Under the pieces are notes generated by a model. The model saw only the letters and a program-made list of their open reading frames with translations. It was not told the DNA's origin and ran no database searches. This document shows positions 23,771 through 36,324 of a stretch of DNA of 64,000 nt, piece after piece. The DNA comes from Chiloscyllium plagiosum (taxonomy: Eukaryota). Made by a program: the position numbers and the translations under genes. The stretch covers positions 80,176,116-80,240,115 of the forward strand of contig NC_057718.1 in the NCBI RefSeq assembly GCF_004010195.1, in the 5' to 3' direction. How positions within the stretch are numbered: position 1 is the first letter of the stretch; each line of letters begins with the position of its first letter.

Positions 23771-25068
23771 TGTGTATTTCTGATGATGTCCAAGAATTCC
23801 TGTGTTGATTGTATAGAGTGTCTGGATCTGCTGATCAGGTGTTTCAGTTTCTGCTGTAGTTCTTTAGCCAGTTTGTGTGATGGTGTCCCTGGTAGTGATA
23901 CTATGGGTCTGAGTGGGATGTCTGGTTTGTGCACTTTAAGCAGTCCATAGAATCTGGGGGTGTTGCTGCTTTCAGGTTTCATTCTTTGTAGGTCAGACCT
24001 GGTTATCCGTCCGTTTTTTTTGTAGGTTCCTCAGTGTGTTGTTTATCCTATTGGTGAGCTGTGGGGTGGGGTCAAACTCCCTCTTTTGGTAGGTGTTGGT
24101 ATCTGCAAGTAGTTGTTGTGCTTTTTGGATGTACTCTGCTTTGTCCAGGATGACCGTCATTCTGCCTTTGTCTGCTGGTAGTATGATTATGTTCTTATCG
24201 TTTCTTAGTGATTTTAGTGCTTCCCTCTCCTTGGTGTAGAGGTTATGTGTTTGTCTTTTCCTTGTTATCAGGGGTACGAAACTTTGTCTCACTGTTTGCT
24301 GTGTCTCTTCTGTCAGTCCATTGTTCCTGAGTGTGCATTCTAGTGCTGCTAGGAAGTCTGCTGTCTTGGCGTCCCTGTGGTTGTATTGGTCAGTATTGTT
24401 CTTTCCGTGTCTGTGGGAGAGGTTTTTAACCCAGGTGTGAGTTGTGGTGTCCTCTTTGTTGTGTGTTAGTATGGCCATTTTTTCTTTTAGTGCCGTTTTT
24501 TTGCGGTGTGTAGTCCTGTTCTGTCCTATGGTGACAGCCTGTTCGATGGTCCGGGTCCATTCCTGATTGGTGGTTTTTGAAATTAACGACTTTTGGCGCG
24601 CAATTTCTTGTCTGTATCTGTGAAGTCGGTTGTGCGCGTCTGTAATCATTACCTGGATCATCCTGAGTCTGTTCTGTCTGGCTGTGTCTCTGGCTTGTGG
24701 GTTGTTGACTGGCGGTCTGTATCTGACACTTGGTGGAAGGGTTTGATTCTTTCGGCATTCATGCAGGAACCGGAGTTGTTCGTATGTGGTGCTTAGGCGG
24801 TTAGCGCAGGATTCCCATTTCCTGGCTTATCTTAGCGTCTCTCGCCCGTAGGTGTTCAAAGTTTGTGAGAAGATTTGTAGCTTGGGTGCTCGTTGCTGTG
24901 GTTCTGTTCACCGAGCTGGACGTTTTTGTTGCAAACGTTTCGTCCCCTGTCTAGGGTCCCCTGTAAATCTTCTCACAAACTTTGAACACCTACGGGCGAG
25001 AGACGCTAAGACAAGCCAGGAAATGGGAATCCTGCGCTAACCGCCTAAGCGCCACATACGAACAACTC

Positions 25069-25107
25069 NNNNNNNNNNNNNNNNNNNNNNNNNNNNNNNN
25101 NNNNNNN
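25069..25107. other. Assembly gap (N run)
   Basis: Continuous N. Confidence 1.
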
Positions 25108-25384
25108 CTGTTCGCCGAGCTGGAAAGTTTTGTTGCAAACGTATCGTCCCTTGTCTCGGTGACATTCTCAGTGCTTGGGAGCCTCCTGTGATGCGCTTCT
25201 GTGGTGTTTCCTCCGGCATTTATAGAGTGCCATCCACAATCTCCATCAACAAACACATCGACCTGGGCCCAATATACCGGCCACTACAGCGGACAGCTGA
25301 AACTGACAACCGGAAGCGGCAGGGACAGGCCACTATAAATGCCGGAGGAAACATCACAGAAGCGCTTCACAGGAGGCTCCCAAG

Positions 25385-25424
25385 CACTGAAGATGTCACC
25401 TAGACAGGGGACGAAACGTTTGCA
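25385..25424 (+). ncRNA. Minimal hammerhead ribozyme motif in a Penelope pLTR
   Basis: GCA-CUGAAGA-UGUC(ACCUAGACAGGG)GAC-GAAA-CGUU-UGC. Confidence 0.7.
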
Positions 25425-25484
25425 ACAAAAACTTCCAGCTCGGCGAACAGAACCACAGCTAACTTGAATGTTAGGTGTCACTTA

Positions 25485-27890
25485 GGAACGTAGGAACAGG
25501 AACAGGTCAGTCAGCTGTCAAGGGCTGATGAAGGACTTTTGCCCAAAATGTCGATTTTCCTGCTCCTCGGATGCTTCCTGACCTGCTGTGCTTTTCCAGC
25601 ACCACTCTAATCTAGACTCCAGTCAGCTGTCAAGCCCACCCCACCATTCAACATAATCATAGTTGACTGAACACTTTAATGTCTTTGACCTACCTCATCC
25701 CCATAACCTTGTACTGCCATTAATAATCAGGAATCCATTAATCTGTACTTTAAACATACTGAAAGACTGAGCTTCCATAGCCCTTTGGTTAGACCATTCC
25801 AAAGGTTCAAAACACAGAATTTTTTTAAAAATCACCTCATTTTAGACCTAAGAGATATGACCTTTTTTAAATTGTGTTCATGGTTTTAGACTCTCCAACC
25901 AGGTGAAATACCTTATCTGCAAAAGTAATTTGTAAGTTTCAGTGAGATTACCTCTCATTCATCGAAACTCTGGAGAATACAGGCCCTGGTTGTCCAATCT
26001 CTCTTATTAGGACAGTGTTGAATCCAGAGAACATGTCTAGTGAACCTTCAGTGCACTTCATCTATGGCAATGATAAGTTTCCTTAGATAAAGACATTAAA
26101 ACTGCACACTGTACTCCAGCTATGGTCCAGCTAAGCTTCAATACAACTGAAGCAAGATTTCACTACTCCTGTGCTCAAAGTCCTCTTGCAAAAGAGATGA
26201 ACATTCCATTAGCTTTCCTCATAGCTTCCTGCACCTGGACGATAGCCTTCAGTAACTTATTGACAAGAGTACCTGGGTCCTTTTGTACATCTACGTTTTC
26301 CTACCTCTTAATGTTTAAGAAATAGTTTGCAGCTCTTTTCCTCCTACCAAAGTAGATAACCTTAAATTTTTCTATATTACATTCCATCTGCTATGTTCTT
26401 GCCCATACACTGAGCCTGTCTAAATCCCCCGAAGCCAGTTTACATCTTCCTCACAATGTATGCTTCCACTCAGCTGTGCATCATTCTTTGTATCAGTTGA
26501 CAACACAAGCCTGGATATTGATCAGATCTTGCTGCATGCGGTCATAGACTGCTTCAATATCTGAGGAGTCAAAAATAGTCCTGAACATTTTTGTGCAATC
26601 ATCAGCAAACATTCTAATTTCTGAACAAAAGAACTGTGGATGCTGGAAGTCAGAAACAAAAACAAAAATTGCTGGAAAAAATCAGCAGGTCTGGCAGCAT
26701 CTTTTTGTTTTTTATCCCTGTTTCTGATCTGATAGAGTCATAGACACATATAGCATGGAAACAGACCCTTCGGTCCAACTCATCAATGCTGACCAGATAT
26801 CCTAAATTAATCTAGTTCAATTTGCCAGCACTTGGCCTATATCCCTCTAAATCCTTCCTATTCATATACCCATCCAGATGTCTTTTAAATGCTTTAATTG
26901 TACCAGCCTCCATCACCTCCTCTGGCAGCTCATTCTACACACGCTCCACCTTCTGTGTGAAAACATTACCCCTTAGGGCCCTTTCATATCTTTTCCCTCT
27001 CACCCTAAACCTATACCCTCTAGTTATGGACTCCCCCACCCCAGGGAAAAGACCTTGTCTATTTAACTTATTCATGCTTCTCGTGATTTTTTAAACCTCT
27101 ATAATGTCACCCCTCAGCCTCCGACGGTCCAGGGAAAACAACCCCAACTTATTCAGCCTCTCCCAATAGCTCAAATCCTCCAAACCCAGCAACATCCTTG
27201 TAAATCTTTTCTGTACCCTTCATGTTTCACAACATCCTTCCAAAAGGATGGAGACCAGAATTGCATGCAATATTCCAAAAGTGGCCTAATCAATACCCTG
27301 TACACCCTAAACACAACTTGACCTCCTAACTTCTATATTCAATGCTCTGACCAATAAAGGAAAGCATACCAAACGCTTTCTTCGCTATCCTATCTACCTG
27401 CAACTCCACTTTCAAGGAACTATGAACCTGCACTCCAAGGTCTCTTTGTTCAGCAACACCTCCTAGGACCTTACTATTAAGTGCAAACTTACTAACTATA
27501 CCTCTTATGTTCACATTCAAATCATTTATATAAATGACGAAAAGCAATGGACCCTGCACCAATCCTTGAGGCACACCTCTGGTCACAGGCCTCCAGTCTG
27601 AAGAGCAACCCTCCACCACCTACCTCTGTCTTCGACCTTATGATGGAAGGAAAGTCATTGTTGAAGCAACTGAAGACATTTGGGCTGATCATACTGCCCT
27701 GAGTAACTCCAGCAGTAGAGTCCTGGAGTTCAGATAACAAACCTCCAATAATCATAACCATCTTCCTTGGTATAACTCCAACAAATGGAAAAAAATTCTC
27801 CCGATTCTCATTGATTCTAATTTTAATAGGGTTCCTTGATGCCACATTCAATGAAATGTTGTTTTGATGTCAAGGGCAGTCACTCTCAGT
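25485..27890 (-). mobile_element. Several CR1 LINE 3' fragments with small pLTR inserts
   Basis: ORF 27326-27619 [23 protein letters not shown] 27522-27851 GVTQGSMISP..FNNDF; CR1 tails at ~25490 and ~26735. Confidence 0.82.
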
Positions 27891-30890
27891 TCACTGCCCG
27901 TTACATGACATCAAATCATGGCAAATGATGTTCCTTTGATAGCTGCTTGCCTCATAATACACAATGTTCTGCCATTCCTCATTGTTATAATGGACTTAAG
28001 TGTTATGAAGTTTTTGCTGACACCACTAATCCACAGATAATTGCTGACTGCATATGCTCAGTCCTGACACTTACTTTTACATTTTTATACTTTCATTAAA
28101 TTCTTTTAATTTTTAAGTGTTTATTGGCATTTTGTCACTCTTTTGTTAAAATATGCTTAGGTGTCAGCGAATGTAACCTACTTTTTAGCCCCTAATTGGG
28201 ACAGTTGCTGGAATTGCAAACAGCATGCTGCTCCCCAACTCGATTTTGCTCCTCGGCCATTTCCCTGTCGGTGAGATGGGTGGACCTCAAGTTGAACAAA
28301 AGTATTCTTTATCAACTTGTTTGGATGTGTTATGACACACCTCCAGACCAGATAGACTTGAATCTGGACCTTTGCCCAGATTTAGGGACACTACTACTGC
28401 ACTATAAGAAGCTAAACAATTATGTGAAGTAGGTGCTTATTAGGCCTATTGCCAGAGACCAACTGGAACTTTGCATGGCAAAATATTTCAGTCATCCTCC
28501 AGGAATTTTCCAATTGGCCACCAGGTTTCCACAGGCATAAGAGGACACTACAGCAGCCTAGCCAGACTAAGGGCCCAGTGCTCCAGGCAGACTTAGAAAC
28601 CCTGCCCACCCGCACGGTTTTAGCATCAACTGTAGACCACTCTGTGATGGACTCCCTCTTCACAATAGTAGCCCCGTTTAAAAACATTTCATTTTATTTA
28701 ATTTTAAAATGTTAGAAAGAGGTACCTCCATTTTGGAATTCTCTTCCTCTCTTATTTACCTGTGAGGGCATATTACTGTTCAGTACCAAAGAGGTGTAGG
28801 AACCAAATGTCTCTTATGTCAAGGGAATTTCTCTTCATATGTTTGTTTGTCAATATGATTCTTTGTCCTTTTGTCATTTCAAGGACAGTCTATGGAAGAG
28901 TGTCTTCTGTTTTTAGGGAGTTTGTGCATTGCATCAATGGCCATCAGGTGAGTTATGATCATCTCTTCAAACTTTCCTCCCTGTTTATATGGTCACCAGC
29001 AACTAATCCACATCCACACTGTTGTTATGTAACAAGCAACCCCCAATCCCATGGCTAATGGTATTATTTTAATTAACAAGAGTTGTAACCCTGGAGGGTT
29101 TCCTATTTTGTCTCTAGCTGGCTTGTCACCATTAATTGGAAAGCTAGATCACCTTCTGGCCACTAATTGGCCAGTTTGAGGAAAATGACAAATGAGTGAT
29201 AGTTCTCCACATAATGCAGACCTCGGACTTTCATTTAAGTCAGATGGCAGAGCCTTGAAGTGCACAGAAAATCCTACCAGCATCGCAGCTACAATCTTTT
29301 TTGGATGTTTTCCAGTGCCTCAATATTCTTTTTGGAATACTGAGACCAGGTTAGGCATAGTACCCTGTGGGTGGGCTAACCATCGTCTGACAAATGAAAT
29401 AGAACAAAAAAAAATCATGGATTCTGGAAATTTGAGAACATCAAAAACAAAAATTGCTGGAGAAACACAGCAGGTGTGGCAGCACCTACGGAGAGAAAAC
29501 AGAATCAATGTTTCAAGTTCAGTGACTCCACAGACCTCTGAAGATGCGTCACTGGAATTGAAACATTAACTTTGTTTTCTCTCCACATATGCTGCCAGGC
29601 CTGATGTGTTTCTCCAGAAATTTCTGTTTTTGTCTGTTTCATCAACAGAAAAAGATACTCCTATTCACTGGGCTAATTCTTATGAGAAATTGGCAAAGTG
29701 TCATTTTTTTGCCATGTTACATGAAAATCTTCTTTCTACAAGTTTTCTCACCTTACCTTCCCAAACACACCACAGTGATCACGTACTCTATCCCTTTGGC
29801 ACTCTGCTCATCATAATCTTCCACACATCTTGGGTCACAACTGGGAGTTAAATATTCAAGGGTATCAGACTATTCAGTAGGACAGACAGGAAGATAAGGG
29901 AGGTGTAGCTCTGATATTCAAGGATGACATCAGGGAGGTGCTGGGAGATGATATCGGCTCTATGGAGAATAAGGTTGAATCCATTTGGGTAGAAATTAGA
30001 ATTTCTAAGAAGAAAATGTCATTGATAGGCGTAGACAGTAGGCCACCAAATAATAACATTGGGGCGGGCAATAAACAAAGAAATAATTAATGCCTGTAAA
30101 TATGGTATGGCAATTATCATGGGGGATTTTAATCTACACATCGATTGGTCAAACCAGCTCGGTCAGGGTAGCCTTGAGGAGGAGTTCCAGTAGCTCCATT
30201 TTTCCAGAAGAGTAGCAGTAGGAGGAGCGATAGCGAGGACCAGGGGCCTGCCAGGAAGGTTAATTTAAAATTATATAAACTTACCTTATGAATGGACAGA
30301 GTGCACGCTGAGCAAGAGCGGAGATAGGACTTCTGAGTAAGTGATGTAATATATTTGGTTGGTTGCGTTATATGAAACACTACTTAGGTACTGTCTCCCA
30401 CCCATCCTCTTCCTCTAACCAGAAAAAAAAAGGTTTTGTGTGCCAGATTAGTAAGGTAACTAGTTTTTTTTTATTCTTTGTTTTTCTACAGTCTCTTTGG
30501 GAATTTAGGACACTGGGAATGATGGTTAGGGCAGTTGAATGTTTCTCCTGCAAAGATGGGAGGTAATGGTCACCACTAGTGTCCCTGCTGACTTCATTTG
30601 CGGGAAGTGCATCCAACTCTAGCTCCTTGAAAACCACGTTATGGAAGTGGAGCTGGATGAACTGCGGATCATTTGGGAGGCAGAGAGGGTTATTGAGAGG
30701 GGTTACAAGGAGGTAGTCACACCTCACATGCAAGAAAGGGGCAGATGGGTTACAGTGAGGAGACAGAAAGGGAACCAGCAGGCAATGCTAAGCAATGGCA
30801 ATACCCCTGCAGCCATCCCTGCAGTTTCCTTCCCCATCCTATGCATCCTAAAGTATACCGTTTTGGATACTGTTGGGGGGCTATGACTTA

Positions 30891-31583
30891 ATTGAAACTT
30901 TATTGCTGGAACAGCACAGCAGGTCAGGCAGCATCCAGGGAACAGGAGATTCGACGTTTCGGGCACAGGCCCTTCTTCAGGAATGAGCAGAGAGTGTTCA
31001 GCAGGAGAAGATAAAAGGTAGGGAGGAGGGACTTGGAGGAGGGGAGTTGGAAATGTGATAGGTGGAAAGAGGTCAAGGTGAGGGTGATAGGTCGAAGTAG
31101 GGTGGAGGCGGAGAGGTCAAGAAGAAGACTGCAGGCCAGGAAGGCGGTGCCGGGCGGGAGGGACTCGGCTGAGACAAGGTGGGGGGAGGGGGGATGAAGA
31201 AACTGGTGAAGTCCAAGTTCATCCCCTGCGGTTGGAGGGCTCCCAGTCGGAAGATAAGACGCTCCTCCTCCAACCGTCGCGTTGTTGTGGTTTGGCGGTG
31301 GATGAGTCCAATGACCTGCATATCCTCGGTGGAGTGGGAGGGGGAGTTGAAATGCTGTGCCACAGGTTGGTTGGGTTGGTTCGTCCGGGTGGCCCAGAGG
31401 TGCTCTCTGAATCGCTCCGCAAGTAGGCGGCCTGTCTCCCCAATATAGAGGAGGCCACACCGACTGCAGCGGATGCAGTAGATGATGTGGGTGGAGGTGC
31501 AGGTGAATCTGTGGCGGATATGGAAGTTTCCTTTGGGGCCTTGGAGAGAAGTGAGGGGGGAGGTGTGGGCGCAAGTGTTGCAC
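30891..31583 (-). mobile_element. Young Penelope-like insertion with an open GIY-YIG frame and 10-bp TSD
   Basis: ORF 31073-31678 FTCTSTHIIYCIRCSRCGLLYIGETGRLLAERFREH..VAQHFN..RRLEEERLIFRLG..PQGMN; CTATGACTTA at 30881-30890 and 31584-31593. Confidence 0.93.
30947..30984 (-). ncRNA. Minimal hammerhead ribozyme motif
   Basis: Minus strand AUUC-CUGAAGA-AGGGC(CUGU)GCCC-GAAA-CGUC-GAAU with GUC cleavage triplet. Confidence 0.78.
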
Positions 31584-32330
31584 CTATGACTTACCAGAGG
31601 TAAACCAAGGAGTCCAGGTCTCTGGCACAGTGTCCGTCCCTGTTGCTCAGAAGGCAAGTGGAGAGATGAGCAGAGCATTAGTCATTGGGGACTCCATAAT
31701 TAGGGAGATTGATAGGAGGTTCCGTGGGAACAAGAGAGTGTTGCTTCCCAGGTGCCAGGGTTTATGTTGTCTGGGATCATGTTTTTGGGATCCTTGAGGG
31801 GGAGGGTGAGTAGTGCCAAGTGGTCTTCAAAAGTACTAATGAAATAGGTAGAAAAAAGGATGGGGATTTAAGACAGAAATTCAGGGAGCTCGGGTGGAAG
31901 CTTAGTGCTAGAACAAACAGAGTTGTTATCTCTGGTCTACTGAGGTAATATAGGCTGAGGTTAGAAACAGGAATGGAGAGGTCACCCTGTTGGGAGTTTT
32001 CTATAGACCTCCGAATAGTTCCAGACATGTCAAGGAAAGGATAGTAAAGATAATTCTGGATAACAGCAAGAGTAACAGGGTATTTGTTATGGGGAGTTTA
32101 ATTTTCCAAATTTTGACTGGAAAAACTATAGTTTTTGAGTACTTTAGACGGGTCGGTTTTTGTCCAATGTGTACAGAATAATTTCCTGACACAGTGTGTA
32201 GACAAACCAACAAGGAACGAGGCCACATTGGATTTGGTACTGGGTAATGAACCTGGCCAGGAGTTAGATTTGAAGGTAGGTGAGCACTTTGGTGATAGTG
32301 ACCACAATTTAGTTATGTTTATGTTAGTGA

Positions 32331-32453
32331 AGAAGGGCCTGTGCCCGAAACGTCGAATCTCCTGTTCCCTGGATGCTGCCTGACCTGCTGTGCTGTTCCA
32401 GCAATAAAGTTTCAACTTTGATCTCCAGCATCTGCAGACCTCACTTTCTCCCC
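32331..32453 (+). mobile_element. 123-bp Penelope pLTR mini-insertion with 12-bp TSD
   Basis: TTATGTTAGTGA at 32319-32330 and 32454-32465; first ~85 bp match the reverse complement of ~30892-30976. Confidence 0.88.
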
Positions 32454-35400
32454 TTATGTTAGTGATGGAAAGGGATCGTTATATACTGCAAGGCAAGAGT
32501 TATAGCTGGCGGAAAGGCTATTATGACGGGTTTAGGCAAGATTTAGGATGCATAGGATGGGGAAGGAAACTGCAGGGATGGGCACAATTGAAATGTGGAG
32601 CTTATTCAAGGAACAGCTACTGCGTGTCCTTGATTAATATGTTCCTGTCAGGCAGGGAGGAAGTGGTTGAGCAAGGGAACGGTGAAACCAAAGAGAGAGC
32701 TAAGAAGAGCTAGGACGGACATGAGAAGTCGTTGGCAGGTAGGATCAAGGAACACCCTAAAGCTTTCTATAGGTATATCAGGAATAAAAGAATGACTAGA
32801 GTAAGATTAAGGCCAATCAAGGAGAGTAGTGGGAAGTTGTGTGTGGACTCTGAGGATATGGGGATGCGCTAAATTAATATTGTTCATCAGTATTCGCATT
32901 GGAAAAAGACAATGTTGTTTAGGAGAATACTGAGATACAGGCTACTAGACTAGATGTGATTGAGGTGCACAAGGAGGAGGTGTTAACAATTCTGGAGAGT
33001 GTGAAAATAGATTTAAGTAATCCTGGGCCGAATGGGATTTATTTTAGGATTCACTGGGAAGGCAGGGAGGAGATTGCAGAGCCTTTGCCTTTGATCCTTA
33101 TGTCATCATTGTCTACAGGAATAATGCCAAAAGACTGGAGGATAACAAATGTTGTCCCCTTGTTCAAGAAGGGGAGTAGAGACAATCCTGGTAATTATAG
33201 ACCAGTGAGCCTTACTTCGGTTGTGGGTAAAGTATTGAAAAAGGTTATAAGAGATAGGATATATAATCATCTAGAAAGGAATAAGTTGATTAGGGATAGT
33301 CAACACGGTTTTGTGAAAGGTAGGTTGTGCCTCACAAACCTTATTGAGTTCTTTGAGATGGTGACCAAACAGGTGGATGAAGGTAAAGCAGTTGATGTCA
33401 TGTATATGGATTTCAGTAAGGCTTTTGATAAGGTTCCCTACGGGCTATTACATAAAATACTGAGGCATGGGATTGAGGGTGATTTAGCGGTTTGGATAAG
33501 AAATTGGCTGGCTGAAAGAAGACAGAGGGTGGTGGCTGATGGGAAATGTTCATCCTGGAGTTTAGTTACTAATGGTGTACCGCAAGGATCTGTTTTGGGG
33601 CAACTGCTGTTTGTCATTTTTATAAATGACCTAGATGAGGGCGTAGAAGAATGTGTTAGTAAATTTGCAGATGACACTAAGGTTGGTGGGGTTGTGGATA
33701 GTGCTGAAGGATGCTGCAGAGTTGGGCTGAGAGGTGGAAAATGGAGTTTAATCTGGAAGAGTGTGAGGTGATTCACTTTGGAAGGAGCAACAAAAATAAA
33801 GAGGACTGAGCTAATGGTAAGATTCTTGGTAGTGTCGATCGTGGTGTCCATGTACAAAGATCCCTGAAAGTTGCCACCCAGGTTGATAGGGTTGTTAAGA
33901 AGGCATATGGTGGTTAGCTTTTATTGGTAGGGGGATTGACTTTCAGAGTCACGAGGTCATGGTGCAGCTGTACAAAACTCTGGTACGGCTGCACTTGGAG
34001 TATTTCGTGCAGTTCTGGTCACTGCATTATAGGAAGGATGTGGAAGCTTTGGATAGGATGCAGAGGAGATTTACTAGGATGTTGCCTGGTATGAAAGGAA
34101 GGTCTTATGAGGAAAGGCTCAGGGACTTGAGGCCATTTTCATTAGAGAGAAGGAGGTTGAGAGGTGACTTAATTGAGACATATAAGATAATCAGAGGGTT
34201 AGAATGGGTGGACAGTGAGAGCTTTTTTCCTTGGATGATGATGACTAGCCCGAGGGGACATAGCTTTAAATTGAGGGGTGATAGATATTGGACACATATC
34301 AGCGGTAGTTTCTGTACTCAGAGAGCAGTAGGGGCGTGGAAAACATTGCCTGCAACAGTAGTAGACTCACCAATTTTAAGGGCATTTAAGTGGTCATTGG
34401 ATAAACACATGGATGAAAATGGAATGGCATAGGACAGGTGGGCTTCAGATTGGTTCCACAGGTCAACACAACAACGAGGACCAAAGGGCCTGTACTGTGC
34501 TATAATGTTCTATGTTCTGTATTCGTTTAGTGTATCCTCGATAGATTTCTTGAACAGTATATAATGGAACCAATGAGGGAGCAAGCTATCCTAGATGTGT
34601 AATGAGACAGGAATAATTAATGACCTCATAGTTAGGGATCCTGTTGGAAGGAATGATCACAGTCTGGTTGAATTTAGAATACAGATGGAGAGTGTGAAGA
34701 TAAAATCCAATACCAGGATCCTGTGCTTAAACAAGGAAGACTACTATAGGATGAGGGAGGACTTGGCTAAAGTAGACTGGAAACAAGATTTTATGGTGGA
34801 ACAGTTGACGAGCAGTGGAGGACTTTCAAAGCAATTTTTCAGAGTTCTCAGCAACAATATGTTCCAGTGAAAAGGAAGGACTGTAAGTAAAGGGGTAATC
34901 TGCCATGGGTATCTAAGGAAATAAGGGAGGCTATCACATTAAAAGAGAAGGCATACAAAGTAGCTAAGATCAGTGGGAAACTAGAAGAATAGGAAGACTT
35001 TAAAGGTCAACAGAAAGCCGCAAAAACAGCTATAAAGAAATGCAAGATAGAACATGAGAAAAAACTAGTACAGAATATAAAGACAGATCGCAAAATTTTC
35101 TATAAATATATAAAATGAAAAAGAGTGGCTAGAGTAAACATTGGTCCTTTAGAGAATGAGAAGGGGCATTTAGTTATGGGATATGATGAAATGGCTGAAG
35201 CATTGAATAGATATTTTGTGTCAGTTTTCACACTGGAGGACACTAATAACATGCCAGTAATTGACAAAGAGACATGGTAGGTGAGGACCTTGAAACAATC
35301 ATTATTACAGAAGAGGTCGTATTGGGCAAGCTGATGGAGCTTGAGGGAAAGAGATTATTAGATGTTTAACAAAGCATCCACTGACACAACACACTTGTCT

Positions 35401-36324
35401 ACAACAGTTCAAAATAAGACCATAAGACATAGGCCATTCAGCCCATCAAGTTTTCTCCACTATTCAATGGCATCATAGCTGATCTGATAACCCTCAATCC
35501 CTGCCTTTTACCTATAACCCTTGATTCTCTTACTTATTAAGATTCTGTCTGTCTCAGCCATAAATGTATGTGATGGACCAGCCTCATCAGCCCTCTGCAG
35601 AAAATAATTCCACAGATTCACGGTCTCTGAGAAAATAAATTCTTCTTCATTTCCATCTTAAATGCACAACATCTTAAGACAATAAGAGTAGAAATTAGGT
35701 TATTTGGCCCATCAGGTCTGCTTTGCCATTCGATCATGGCTGATAAGCTTTTCAACTCAATTTTCCCGCTTTTTCCCAGTAACCTTTGGCAATCAAGAAC
35801 TTATCTATCTTTATCTAAAATATACTCAATTTTAAGGTTATGTTGGAATTTTGTTTTAATGAGAAATTACATTTATATAAAACGTCTTGTTTTGCATGAC
35901 TTATCAATGCAACTTTCTCCATCAAAGTAAGTTTTTTTAATTCATTTGCAGAATGTGGGTATCGCTGACTGGCCATCATTTATTACCTGTCCCTAGTTGC
36001 CCTTGTGAATATGGTGGTGAGCTGCCTTCTTGAACTGCTGCAGTCCACCTGCTATGAGTTGACACAGCAACAGTGAAGGAACAGTGATAAAATATTTCCA
36101 AGTCAGGATAATGAATGACTTGGAGGGAACTTGTTGGAATGTAGCCTTGACGTCAAGGGCTGTCACTCTCACCTCACCTCGAACATTCAGCTCTTTTGTC
36201 CATGTTTGAAACAAGCCTGTAATGACGTCAGGGGCTGAAATCAGTAGCCCTTGCAACAATTTACATAACATGGCAAGGTATAGCTATTCTTGTAACTTAA
36301 TCTATGTTTCTTGCATAAGGTCAA

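Larger units (their letters stand above)
22705..25460. mobile_element. Penelope-like element cluster: RT ORF N-terminal part on the minus strand (23771-24857) plus inverted GIY-YIG/pLTR pieces
   Basis: IIILPADKGRMTVILDKAEYIQKAQQLL and PRFYGLLKVHKPDIPLRPIVS (PLE RT); AREFLEAWHS pieces on both strands. Confidence 0.9.
30188..34520 (+). mobile_element. Near full-length decayed CR1 LINE (5' UTR, ORF1 zinc finger + GDSL/SGNH esterase, ORF2 APE + RT)
   Basis: RAVECFSC..FICGKC..ELDELRII; VIGDSII; GVFYRPPN; ORF 32956-33771 with [30 protein letters not shown]; tail tgttctatgttctgt. Confidence 0.93.
29825..35345 (+). mobile_element. CR1 endonuclease fragment (29825-30187, resuming 34521-35345) split by a nested CR1
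   Basis: KGGGVAL..VESIWVE..RPP..IMGDFN, then EPMREQAILD..RNDHSLVEF after the nested element. Confidence 0.8.

Noticed and set aside
22990..23982. 330-aa and 226-aa ORFs
   Set aside because: Artefacts of translating through the N gap
35838..35932. Possible host exon ending at GTAAGT
   Set aside because: Weak acceptor, no recognisable peptide, and no partner exons
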